Source of the DNA: Octopus vulgaris
Lineage: Eukaryota
Length of the DNA: 64,000 nucleotides
NCBI GenBank assembly: GCA_951406725.2
Contig: OX597822.1
Span: 12,028,001 to 12,092,000, forward strand
Reading direction: 5' to 3'
Positions 1-12,759 of the stretch are shown here, one piece after another. Under the pieces are notes generated by a model. The model worked only from the letters and a program-made list of their open reading frames with translations. It made no database searches and was not told the DNA's origin. The number at the start of each line of letters is the position of its first letter. Position 1 is the first letter of the stretch. Position numbers and translations under genes: made by a program.

Positions 1-1079
1 ATGGCCCACTCAAGTAGAGAGTTATTGTTTACAGAGACATATCCGGGTGTAGGGGGTTTATCCGGGATTTCTTGAAGGAATCTGTCCAAAGACTTCTTGA
101 ACCCTATAGGGTCAGTTTCTGTTTTAATGTGTTTTGGTGTAATGTTAAAGAGAGCGGGGCCAATTGAGGTGAAATAATTGTGCCGTATTGTTGTTATGAG
201 ATGAGAGTGCGATTTTTGTTTTGGGCGGATGGCACGGGGCCCAAGCCTTGGATGTACCTTAAAGGTGATGCCAACATCATTTGGGCAATGCTGATGGAAT
301 ATTTTCCACATCATGCAGATGATGTAGCGCTCACGACGACGTTGGAGAGAATAGAGTTTTAGCTTTTCTAGTCGACCCCAATAGTCGAGGCCTGTCATGC
401 CATCTATCTTTTTTGTGATTGCCCTTTGAGGTGCTTCGACTTTTTTGATACCTTGTATTGTGTGGGGAGACCACAGTGGACAACAGTATTCAAGGTGGGG
501 TCGGGCAAAAGTGGAGAAGAGAAGGATAATGGTGTGGATATCTCTCGACTGGAAAGTTCTGAGAATCCAGGAACACATTCTGCGGGCCATGTCAACTTTG
601 GTGTTTATATGAGTGGCCCAGCTTACGTTGTTGTCCACAATTACTCCCAAGTCTCTGATGTTGTTGGACGCTGCGAGAGTTTCACCTGAAGGAAGGGAGT
701 ATGGGAGTTTCAGGGCATCCTCTTTTCCAAAGTGGATTAGCTCAAATTTATCCTCGTTCAGCAGCATATTGTTTTTTTCTGCCCATTGGATAACAGCCAG
801 TAGATCTGACTGAAGGCATGTCCGGTCACTCGCCTCATTTATGACCTTCTGTAGCTTGGAGTCATCTGCAAAGATTTTTATGTTGCTGTGCTTGATGATG
901 TCATTAATGTCATTAATGTAAATGATGAAAAGAAGTGGGCCCAGCACAGTGCCTTGCGGAACGCCACTACTGACTTTGGCTGGGCTTGATTTTACCCCTT
1001 CAACTACAACATGTTGAGATCTGTCTGTCAGGAAACACTTAATCCATTTCAGTAACTTTCCAGAGACACCAATGTTGGT
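1..1079 (-). mobile_element. CR1-like LINE ORF2, C-terminal part of reverse transcriptase (5'-truncated, open frame runs off the window edge)
   Basis: Manual minus-strand translation gives 359 codons with no stop: ...[83 protein letters not shown]. These are typical CR1/L2-group RT motifs. Absent from the ORF track because there is no stop within the window. Confidence 0.93.
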
Positions 1080-1080
1080 G

Positions 1081-1572
<492 letters not shown>

Positions 1573-1666
1573 CATATATTTGTGAGAATGTACAAATATG
1601 TAAAGTTGTCCCGCTTACCTGACGTAAAAGTGAGTGTGATAGCATGGGTGTATGTGCATGTATACA

Positions 1667-1699
<33 letters not shown>

Positions 1700-1755
1700 G
1701 TTTCTCTCTTTATATATATATATTGGCATAATCACCTATATATATATGTAAATAC

Positions 1756-1794
<39 letters not shown>

Positions 1795-2084
1795 TAATAT
1801 TAAGGCGGCTAATCGCAGTTTACAACCGAAAGCCACAGAAACAGACACACACACATATATGTTTATACGGAAGAAAAGAGAGAGAATGAGAGAGAGAAAG
1901 GGAGAGATAGAGAAAGATATATGATCATGTATGTTTTGAGACATATATTTATATGTGTGTCTCTTTGGGACCAGGATACTTGTAGAAGGGAGAGATTACC
2001 GTATCCTCAAACACTCGAAAACCTGGAATAGTGATGACCCATCCTAGGACCCCTAAAAGCCAAATAATCGTGTCAAACCTGCTA

Positions 2085-2137
<53 letters not shown>

Positions 2138-2155
2138 AATGTATGTATATATATA

Positions 2156-2286
2156 CACGGTGTCCCCCAAAAATGTATACACACCTTAAATAATTGTAAA
2201 TTTGTTATTCTTTGTAAGCCTAGTACTTATTCTATCGTTCTCTTTTGCCGAGCCACTATGTGTATACATTTTTTGGGGACACCCTG
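2156..2286. mobile_element. Tc1/mariner-type MITE, 131 bp, 28-bp TIRs, TA flanks
   Basis: Left cacggtgtcccccaaaaatgtatacaca (2156-2183) versus reverse complement of the right end cagggtgtccccaaaaaatgtatacaca (2259-2286): 2 mismatches. TA on both sides. Confidence 0.85.
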
Positions 2287-2616
2287 TATATATACATATT
2301 TGATTGACCACTACAATATATATCGAAACATGATATGCGTGTGAGGAAGGTAGTCTGCCCCAGTATTGACTTACAATGTGAGCGTGGGTTGTGTGCATAG
2401 AAACAAAGCATATAGAACGAAACAAGGTTGAGGTTTGTAGACAATATGGTTGCATGCGTATAAATGTGTAAGTAATTATGTATGTAGATGATCATATATG
2501 CATGTGATATAAATTTACGAGGTATGTATGTTTCTATAATGTGTATTTGTTGACATATTTATACGCCGGTATATACAATGTGTGTATGTATGTATGTATG
2601 TATGTATGTATGTATT

Positions 2617-2756
2617 CAAGGTGCTTGCTTAGCAACCACATGGTTCCGGGTTCAGTCCCAGTGCGTTGAACCTTGGGTATGTGTCTTCTACTATAGCCTC
2701 GGGTCAACCAAAGCCTTGTGAGTGGATTTGGTAGACGGAAACTGAAAGAAGCCGGT

Positions 2757-2798
<42 letters not shown>

Positions 2799-3020
2799 TG
2801 TGTGTGTGTGTGTTTAACTGTGTTTGTCAACTACACCATTGCTTCGCAACCGTTTCTGGTGTGTGTATGTCCCCGTCAATTAGCGGTTCTGCATTAGACC
2901 CCGACACAATAGGTACTAGGCTTACAAAAAATAAGTGCTAGGGTCAGTTTGTTAGAGTAAAGGTGGTGCTCCAGCATGGCCACAATCAAATGACTGAAAC
3001 AAGTAAACGAACAAAAGAAT
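2617..3020 (+). mobile_element. tRNA-derived SINE family A (internal microsatellite)
   Basis: B-box-like ggttcagtccc, core ccttgggYaWgtgtcttctactatagc, internal (TA)/(TG) run, tail ggtgctccagcatggcc..tgactgaaacaagtaaa. More than 15 copies or fragments in the window. Confidence 0.9.
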
Positions 3021-3052
3021 ATATGTATATATGTGCGTGCACACACATACAC

Positions 3053-3098
<46 letters not shown>

Positions 3099-3734
3099 GT
3101 ATGTATGTATGTGAATGTATTTAGGCATGTATGACGTATCTATGTAGGTAAGCAAGATGTGTATCTGGTGTATGGTTGTATAACCGAATGCGTTGTTTTA
3201 ATGTAAGCGTGTGCATGAATCCATTTGTATGTGATTATGTGTGTGTGGATGTGTGTGTGTGTGTGTGTGGATGTGTGTGTGTGTGGATGTGTGTGGCGTG
3301 TGATAGTTTATGTACAATTCTGTGTTATGTTTCTTTTAGGAATTTCGTATATGTGTTTCTGGGATGTTTGCGTCTGTACCTGTGTGCATGCGCATGCGTG
3401 TGCTTGTGAAGGGATGTGACGTACATGTGCATGTAGGAATGCGTACACGTGTTGAGAAGTTAATGGAAATGATACATAAGTGTGTGAGAGGGAGAGAGAG
3501 AGGGAGAATGTGTGAGTGTGTAAGTTAGAGAGAATGACTGAAGGTGTCGAAGATAGAGACAGGAGTAAGGATTAAATGACGTCATATGATGCAGCGAGGG
3601 AAGAAAAAGAGGGAAGAGGCTAGAGGTTCGAGGGAGACAGGAAGAGAAGAGATGAGAGAGAGAGAAGGAATGAGATGCAAAGAGAAGGAGATAGCGGCAG
3701 AAATACATTAGTATATACACGCACACAATCACAA

Positions 3735-3735
<1 letters not shown>

Positions 3736-3778
<43 letters not shown>

Positions 3779-3783
3779 GTCTA

Positions 3784-3818
<35 letters not shown>

Positions 3819-3839
3819 CTCTATCTGTCTGTCTATCTA

Positions 3840-3870
<31 letters not shown>

Positions 3871-3922
3871 TTATTTATCTATCTATCTATCTATCTTTAT
3901 TTATCTATCTATCTATCTTTAT

Positions 3923-3960
<38 letters not shown>

Positions 3961-4197
3961 GTCTGTCTGTCTGTCTATCTATCTGTGTATATCAATCTGT
4001 CTCTCTGTCTTCTGTCTATCTATCTATCTATCTATCTGTCTTCTGTCTCTCTCTCTATCTATCTATCTTTATTTATCTATCTATCTATCTATCTTTATTT
4101 ATCTATCTATCTATCTATCTATCTGTCTGTCTGTCTGTCTATCTATCTGTGTATATCAATCTGTCTCTCGGTTTGTGTATCTATCTACCTGTCTGTC
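3736..4197. repeat. compound (TCTA)n/(TCTG)n microsatellite
   Basis: Directly visible. Confidence 0.95.
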
Positions 4198-5640
4198 TAG
4201 AGATTATAATACAAAGGAGAATATGAGAGAGATTGTATATCAGAGAGAGAGAGCGAGAGAGAGAGAGAAAGAAAGAGGGAGAGAGAGAATGCGGGAGAGA
4301 GATATAAAAAGAGAGGAAAAGTACTATAAAATAAGGGGAACGGTAGAATTTGGAGAGAATGTTGACGTTGGTGTTGGTGTGATGGAGCGGAATTAGTAAA
4401 TGATTAGGTTTTTCATCAACTGGAAGAGATTGGGTTTTAGTGAAAACAATGTACTAACGACACACACATATACATACATACATACATACATACATACATA
4501 CATACATACATACATACATACATACATACATACATACATACATAGACGTATATGTGTAATCACAAACACATAGATATATATGTGTGTGTGTGTTTCTGTG
4601 TGGGTATTTGTGTGTCTGTTTGTGTGTGTGTGCGCCTGCGTATATGCATACATACGTACATACACACATACATACATATAAAACACGTGTTCATGAGTTT
4701 GCATATACATACGTAGATGTGTATATATATATATGTATATATATATATCTATGTATGTGTGTATATGTGTGTATATATGTATACATGTATGTATATATAT
4801 ATATATATATATGTGTGTATATATATACATATATATATATATGTACATATATATGTATATATATGTGTGTGTGTGTGTATTCATATATCTCTTTATTTAT
4901 TTACAAGCATATATACACACGCACCTAATCTTTATATTTATAATTCTGTATAAGCATACGAATAAATAAATGGAAAATAAGATACTTAACATACATATAA
5001 TTATGCACACACACATACACACAGGCACACACACGCGTGTGTACATACAAGCACACACATATACATATATATATATATAAAAACATATACTCACACACAT
5101 ATGTATATATTCATACAAACACACACATATATATATATATACATAGATATATGTATATATACACACATATATGTGTATATTCGTACATACACACACATGT
5201 ATACACACACACACACACCCATGTATAAATATCTACCTATCTATCCTATATTTTACACACGCAACCCAACGTAGAGGTAGGTATGTATACACATATCGTC
5301 ATCATACATTATACATTATTACAGACGAACAGGTCAATATCATCACTATTATGAAGACAGCTACAACTACTTAAGCACACACTCTGGTTAAAAGCAATAT
5401 TATCACTCACATGAACACTGAATAAAACACACAACCAACATTATCAATACCATAATAATTAATTACTTCTGCTGTATTATTTCTAGCACCTGCACTACTC
5501 ATATATATATATATACATATATATATATACAAACATATATACATAAATATATGTGTGTGTGTGTGTGTGTGTTTTATATGTGTATATATATATATGTATA
5601 TGTAGATATATATGTATGTATATATATATATGTATATATA

Positions 5641-5850
5641 TTCTTTTATTCTTTTACTTGTTTCATTCATGTGACTACGACCATGCTGTAGCACCGTCTT
5701 AAAGGATTTCAGTCGAAGAAATAGAACCCAGGAGTTATTATTTGTAAGCCTGGCATTTATTCTGGTGGTCACTTTTACCGCTAACTTACAGGGTCGAAAA
5801 CACAGCAACATCGGTTGTCAAGTGATGGTGGGAGGACAGACCCAATGACA
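5641..5850 (-). mobile_element. SINE family A, 3' half
   Basis: Reverse complement of the family A tail (cttgtttca..ccatgctgtagcacc..catcggttgtcaag). Confidence 0.8.
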
Positions 5851-5855
5851 AATAC

Positions 5856-5928
<73 letters not shown>

Positions 5929-5968
5929 GTATATATATGTATACATATATATATATTTATGTGTGTGT

Positions 5969-6004
<36 letters not shown>

Positions 6005-6089
6005 GTATGTATAGAGAAAGAGAAAGAGAGAGAGAATAAATAATGAGAAAATGGAAAGGTAATTAATAAAATTATTTATTAATTATAAA

Positions 6090-6290
6090 ACAGCTGTTTC
6101 GATTCAGAAATCTTTAGATAATTAATTTATAAAATTGAAATCATTATAAGATGTATCTCTTCAGAGGTTATAAGGATATACAGATTAGAAATAGATTTTG
6201 AGAGAACCGCTATGAAGTGATTCATCTTATAATGACATTAATTTTAGAAATTAAATATCTAAAGATTCTGTATCGAAACAGCTGTCAGAG
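6090..6290. repeat. Inverted repeat (~80-bp arms) of a Penelope-like terminal repeat with a hammerhead-like motif
   Basis: Arms 6090-6169 and 6205-6290. Minus-strand arm reads CTGAAGA-gatac..gaatc-GAAA-cagctg-T. Plus-strand arm reads (a)tgaagt-gattc..gtatc-GAAA-cagctg-TC-agag. Confidence 0.65.
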
Positions 6291-6305
6291 ATCGTGTCAT
6301 GTATA

Positions 6306-7877
6306 TCTATAAAACATAAAATGTCTGTGTGTATGTGTGTGCTTTTATGCGTTTCCACATTTTTCTTTGGATTTTGATGAAATGTTTTTTATTAAATGGC
6401 AAATTTATCCAGGAAGGTCACTGCTGCATTACTGATGCCTAGAGATGCCCCCTTGTAGGAGAAAATCGATAATACTGAAGGGACGTCCAATTTTTTGCAA
6501 AACAAGGTAAACTTTGCACGCCAGAAAAGTTACAGGAATGTACGATTTTTATAATTTTGGTGTCAAAACGACCATCCTTTTGCGACATTTGTGACAAATA
6601 TTTTTTGCACTGCCTTGAGGCCTCAGATTCCCAAGAAAATTGCGGAAAACTTCGAAAACACCAATTTTTCGCGTTTTTGCAAAGTTACATGGTAGAAAAC
6701 CTTTTACTGGAAAGTCCGATTTCCTTGATTTTTACGGCTAAAAACCAACACATAACGGCGGTTCTATCAGACATTTGTTTTATGTCCAAAGGCATCCCTG
6801 TGGGACCAAAACCCGCGAAAAACTGTGAAAATCGATTTTTATACATTTTTCCCCTTTAAAGCTTCATAAACCTCTCACTGCTTTGGTGGATTGTGTTCAA
6901 ACTTTACACAATATTTACTCATCCTAAGGAGAACGTTAAGAGACTCCGATGTGCACAGAATTCATTCTCGTGTCACCAACAAAAAACTGAGTAGAAAATC
7001 GTTTTTTGCCCTTAAATCCCTCATTTTTGACTGAACATGAGGGCTCAGCTTTTCAGCGACAACTTATCGAGTGACTTCTCCAATCAGCTTCTCACCGTTG
7101 GTGATCATACAGCTTCCATCTAGGCATATCTGTGGACACTCTTGATGACCGTACGACAACTGTTTTTCCCGATCTGCACATAAACTACCAAAACCTGAAT
7201 CGGCTGAGCGAAAGTGCTATCTTAGGTCCCAAAAACACATTTGTTGCGAAACTTAATGAAGACATGTTGCAAAGCCTTCCTGGAAACCTTCACACCTACA
7301 AGTCTAACTACACTGTTGTGGACCAAGCAGAGGTCATTAATTTTCCCACAGAATTCCTCAATTGCTCGCATCCCTCCGAACTACCGCCTCCTCGACTGCA
7401 CCTCATAATTGGAGCTCCGGTCATGCTGATGAAGAACCTGGAGCCATCACGTCTGTGCAACGGAGCGTGGTTAGTGGTAAAACATGTGCTGCCTCAGGTT
7501 ATTGAATCTACAATTATTTCGGGTTGCGGCATCGAAGAAGTCTTCATACCCAAGATACCTCTTACACCATCAGATAATCAATGCCTCTGTCCCTTGCGTC
7601 GACTTCAGTTCCCTCTTCACTTTGCTTTGCCATGTCCATCAACAAGTCCCAAGGCGAAACACTAACAACGACAGGCCAACATTTAGGCCAACCATGCTTC
7701 TCGCATGAACAATTATACGTTGGATGCTCAAGAGCCGGATGCAAAAAAAAAAACAAACCTTTTCATGATCGCCCCGAAAGCCAAAACGAAAATTGTCGTC
7801 TACTGTTAGGTGCGGTAGGTCGTCCAACAAGTCGCAGCTTCCCAGCCAAACCGGTTTTTCGTGGGCAAGTACTCTTG
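6306..7877 (+). mobile_element. Internally deleted Helitron
   Basis: Putative 5' A|TCTATAAAA start, PIF1 helicase remnant, subterminal hairpin cccagccaaaccggtttttcgtggg (7841-7865), then a CTTG|T end (variant of CTRR). The ends are less certain than the helicase. Confidence 0.7.
7132..7800 (+). pseudogene. Helitron RepHel PIF1-type helicase C-terminal fragment (frameshifted)
   Basis: SAILGPKN..FPTEFLN..LPPPRLHLIIGAPVMLMKNL..LCNG..VFIPKIPL..RLQFP, then after a frameshift CFAMSINKSQGETL..PCFSHEQLYVGCSR (helicase motifs V and VI). Confidence 0.93.
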
Positions 7878-8389
7878 TTGCTATTCTTTCAAAATTATCT
7901 GTTTTTCGTAAGTCTTTTTTTTTTTATTATTTTGTCCACTACAGCTTCTCAATCTCCTTGCAGATGGCTTGAGTTTTGGCATCATTGCACCCACTGCTTT
8001 TCGTTTATACCTGTGAACGGTCAATAATCCTTTTTGGAGCTATTGTGAGAACGATAATACAGCCCCTTTAGGGACACTTTGCATACAATTGTTGCCCCCC
8101 CCCCCCTCCATGTGATGCTCTTGTAGCTTCTCCAAGGCTTTCCCCCCCTGTTGATAATACTTTATTAATGGTCTGTGGGAAAATCACTTCTTCCTCAATG
8201 TCAATGTTTGCAACTTAACGCCAAAAATATTCAGAGATGTACAACGAAAAAAAATATATGTAGAACCTATTAAGACCATCGCCGAGTATTTAGTACCCGA
8301 ACACCGCCTAGTATTCCTGCAAGTAATTAATAAATAATTTTAATAATCACCTGTCTATTTTCTACTTATTCTTTCCCTCTGTCGCTCTC

Positions 8390-8461
<72 letters not shown>

Positions 8462-8573
8462 ATATTAACCATGGTTTATATGGTTACCTTATAGTTGATC
8501 TTTCTATAAATTGGTAACTAACCGGTATTTTCGTTGGATTTATGATCCCTTAATGAAATTTATTACCTTTACT

Positions 8574-8650
<77 letters not shown>

Positions 8651-8653
<3 letters not shown>

Positions 8654-8812
8654 GACGGGCTTCTTTCAGTTTCCGCATACTAAATCTACTCACAAGGCTT
8701 TAATCGACCCTAGGCTATAGTAGAAGTCACTGTTCTAAGGTGCCAGACAGAGGGATTGATCCCAGAACCATGTGACTGGGAAGCAAGCTTTTTACCACAT
8801 AGCCACGCCTGA
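8651..8812 (-). mobile_element. SINE family A, 5' half
   Basis: acgacgggcttctttcagtttcc..ctatagtagaag..ttaccacatagccacgcct. Confidence 0.85.
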
Positions 8813-8821
8813 GTCTATATA

Positions 8822-10045
8822 CAGGGTGCTTAATATATTTGAGGACAGATTTATGTTTATAAATAGCAGATATATAATAACAGATAATAAATTTATTTAT
8901 CGAAAATGCTATGAGGATAAAAATAAACCTTCTTTTCTATAATGTTATTCAATAAAGACAACTTCAGCTTTAACAACTGCTTCTATATGAGATCTAAATC
9001 TTCTACATGCTCGAATCAAGTGGTCCTCGTTCATTTTGGACATTACTCCGGCTATGGCAGTTTTCAAAGGCTATGGCAGCTTTCAAAGAATCTCTCAACA
9101 ACGCTCCACATGTAATAGTCAAATGTACTGAGATCTGGGGAATTAGGAGTCCAAATGTTAGGGGTTATGTGATCATGAAAATTTTCAACCATCCATTCCT
9201 GTGTTACTAGAGGTGTGTGTGATGGTGCAGAGTCTTACTGAAACACATATGGGTTTTTCATTGCATATACTATCTATCTAGGGCTTAACAATTGTTTCCA
9301 GGACCTCAGTGTAGGCGGCAGAATTAACTCCAAAGCCTTGTTTAAAGAAGTAAAGAGGCATCACATGTTATTCATTGCTAACAACCCATAAAACCAAGAT
9401 GGTTGCAGGCAATTTTGTATTCATAACACTTCGAACTTCAGAAGGGTCTGCACATAACCATCTGTAATTTCTTCTGTTAACCTTTTGATCTAGGTCGAAA
9501 TTTTTGCTGGTTTGAGTAAAATCAAATCCTATCCTCAACTGGATTTTTCAGTTTGTCTAAGAACCTTTCGATCACATGTAGTGATTTTCTTTTGCTGTTT
9601 CGGACTAATAGACATTTTCCTATCAAAACAAGACTTACATCTTATGTTGTGGACAACATTTCTGACTCTTCCTTGTGAGACATGGAGATCCATTGCAATT
9701 GACGTCGTGGATTTCTGGGATTGTTATCAATGGTCTGTTTAACTTGCTGGACAAATTCAGGTGTTCTTATGATTTCAGAGCGTTTGGTATGCGTTTTCTG
9801 CTTTAATACGGGTAATTCGTATCCATCTTCAGTCTCTCACTCCTTGCAAACTTTGTAGGCAGAAGTCCAGATATTTCTAAATCGCTATGATCAGCATTTA
9901 TAACCCTAATAACAGCATGCCTCTTCATTTCTTGAATAAGCTGAGGGCTTGTCATTATTATTTTCTGAAACAAAATATTATACAGAGTTAGCAAAATATG
10001 TTGCAATGATCCAATAATCTAAAACAGGTATGTGCTCATATATAT
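8822..10045 (-). mobile_element. Degraded IS630/Tc1/mariner transposon (DD37D/maT-like transposase pseudogene)
   Basis: TA|CAGGGTG terminus. Minus-strand fragments MKRHAVIRVINADHSDLEISG, IRTPEFVQQVKQTIDNNP, KNFDLDQKVNRRNYRWLCADPSEV, VNSAAYTEVLETIVKP and IWTPNSPDLSTFDYYMWSVVER, with many stops and frameshifts. Confidence 0.85.
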
Positions 10046-10147
10046 ATATATATACGAAGGGCTATTTCAGTTTCCGTCTACCAAATTCACTCACAAAGCT
10101 TTGGTCGACCCGAGACTTTTGTAAAAGAAACTATATATATATATTAA

Positions 10148-10716
10148 AACAGTTATCGCCAAGCTAATATGGCAGTCCATAAATATGATTAGCTCCAAGA
10201 GGCCATTGCTTCTAGCTAGCTATATGACACACGAACCTGTGTCCATTATAACCTTCGAACAGGGGAGGTCAGCCGCTTCCCCTTGGTGGTCAGGGGATAA
10301 CTGTTAATTTCCAGTACCGCTGCCGTAGTCTCCTTTAGAGACACTTTGATATTTTAATATTTCTATTTTTGAAAACCAGTGGATATATTCCACTGAAATT
10401 AGGTAAATAATCCTTCGAACAGACGGTCGGCAGCGACGCCTGCAGGGTCTGGCCGCTCTACATTGATAAGGGGCAAATATCCTGAAACATGTCTGCAGAT
10501 ATCTGACCATCAAGGGGAAGCGGCTGACCTCCCGTGTTCGAAGGTTATAATGGACACAGGTTCGTGTGTCATATAGCTAGCTAGAGGTGATGGCCTCTTG
10601 GAGCTAACCAACAGCAGCGTTAGTCTTATATTTATGGACTGCCACATTAGCTTGGCGATAACTGTTAATTTCCAGTGCCGCTTCCGTAGTCTGCTTTAGA
10701 GAGACTTAGAAGTTTT

Positions 10717-10725
<9 letters not shown>
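10148..10725. mobile_element. Penelope-like terminal-repeat remnant (inverted plus direct repeats, degenerate hammerhead)
   Basis: Inverted arms 10148-10293 and 10503-10666; direct repeats 10296-10364 and 10657-10725; motif tctaca-TTGATAA-gggg..tcct-GAAA-catg-TC-tgcaga at 10457-10499. Confidence 0.7.
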
Positions 10726-10770
<45 letters not shown>

Positions 10771-11436
10771 CTAAATCTATATATATACATATATACATAT
10801 GTGTGTGTGTGTGTATGCATGCTAAGATAATGATAATTACCGATGCACTTGGTAGTGTGTGTTCTTACCTCAGTGACACCCTAGGTAAGACAAAGACCTT
10901 CAGATAAACAAATCAACCAGCAAACTCGTACATTACAAATACAATGCAAAAGTAAAACAGAAAAGATATGCAAAATTTTTCGCAAGTTTGGAATGTAACA
11001 TTGTTTTTTGTTGTCTACATTTCAAAGACGGAGCTTTGTATATTTGTGGAAAACAGCTCCTTACTTACGGGAAGACTTGAAATAATTAAAAATAAAAGAA
11101 AACGTTAATGTTCTTGTATTTGTAAGAAGTGGAGAGATCAGGGTCTTGTATGTAAGCATAAATGTGCATGTGCTTGCGTGACTGTGTGTACGTGTGTCCC
11201 CGTGTGTGTGTGTGTGTGTGGGTGTGGGTGTGTGTGTGTGTATTTTCTTTTGCTTCTCTATTTGTATTGTAAAGTACATCTATCTCCTTATTTTCCCGTT
11301 TAGAACTCTTTGTCTGCTTCTACTTCGCATTAATTGCTTCACCTCGCTGCAAATATAATGATACAAACACACAAACACACGTACAAGGAAATGTATGTTA
11401 CACATGCGTATATGTATGCGTATGGGCATGTATATA

Positions 11437-11478
<42 letters not shown>

Positions 11479-11665
11479 CACACATACATATACGTGCATA
11501 TATATATATATATATATCCATATATATGTATATATATATGTATATATGTATGGATATGTGTGCATATATATACATATATATATATATACATATACATTTT
11601 TATGTATATATCTGTACATATATATATATGTGAATGCGTATGTATATATGTTTTATGTGTAAGCT

Positions 11666-11730
<65 letters not shown>

Positions 11731-12110
11731 TTACATATATGCATATACATATAAATACATATATGCATATATATATATATATATGTATGTATATACATAT
11801 ATGCATGCGTATACACGCATACATGTCGATGAAAAATCTCCATTTGCTAATTGGGATAGGTGAAAAAGAACTCATTTTAATTAAATTAATTGACGTCAAA
11901 TGCGAGATAGAAAATTAGAAAAGCCCCAGCTTCTTAACTAACCCAGTTGTATGAAGAAACAGATTTGAACAAAGCGAATCTCTATCATTTAGTGTCTTAC
12001 TACACTTTCTTACACTGGAAAGTTGTTTGTCTAATCCGAGAAAACTGACGGATGCAAATGAGTGTTTTGATTGTAGATAATTAGATCTTAATAGATTAGA
12101 CATTATTTAG

Positions 12111-12370
12111 ATTATTTACATTCGATGAATATTTGTCCTCATCTTGTTTGTTATTAACGCAAAGTCTCGCCTCATGTACTCCCCAGCCTTCTTCAGATGT
12201 TCTGGGGAAATTTCAAACCTGAAGAAGGACGCCTGAAGAAGGCTGGAGGAAATATCAGCCGAAATGTTGTGTTTACAATAAACAAGATGGGGACAAATAT
12301 CCGTCAAATGTAAATAATGTAAAGAATGTAAATAATGTACTTAATTCCTAATCTCTCAAATATAGAACTG
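12111..12370. mobile_element. Back-to-back inverted pair of the hammerhead-bearing tail (family H)
   Basis: 12111-12221 is the reverse complement of the family H tail; 12228-12370 is the same tail in forward orientation. Confidence 0.8.
12228..12273 (+). ncRNA. Minimal type I hammerhead ribozyme motif
   Basis: gacgc-CTGAAGA-a-ggctg-(10 nt)-cagcc-GAAA-tg-TT-gtgtt; stems I and II pair; the ACGT palindrome has decayed to ATGT. Confidence 0.7.
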
Positions 12371-12727
12371 TTTTAATAGCTTATGATACAAATTAATAGT
12401 CTGAATGACAAATGCGTTTTGTACGTTTGCTATGAAGTCTTCTCGAAATCATGGGTCAGCATGGTAACCAATGGTGTCATGAAAACTTTTGTTGCCCTGT
12501 TAATCCCCAAATAAAGTGTATTTGCCTACCAATGCTGTGTTGAGCACTAATTCTTGTTCTTCGATGTGACCTCATGTATATACATATACGAATTCACGTG
12601 AAGAGTCTTTAAACCAGATACAAAAGCGAGATATAGAGATACATACTTACATAAATTTATATGTGTTCATATGTGTATATATGTGTGCATATCTATCTAT
12701 CTATATCTATCTATCTATCTATATCCA

Positions 12728-12759
<32 letters not shown>

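Noticed and set aside
180-813. Short ORFs listed in the track
   Set aside because: Antisense or off-frame shadows of the CR1-like RT
1966-2087. Unique 120-bp island between microsatellites as an exon
   Set aside because: No convincing splice sites or recognisable peptide
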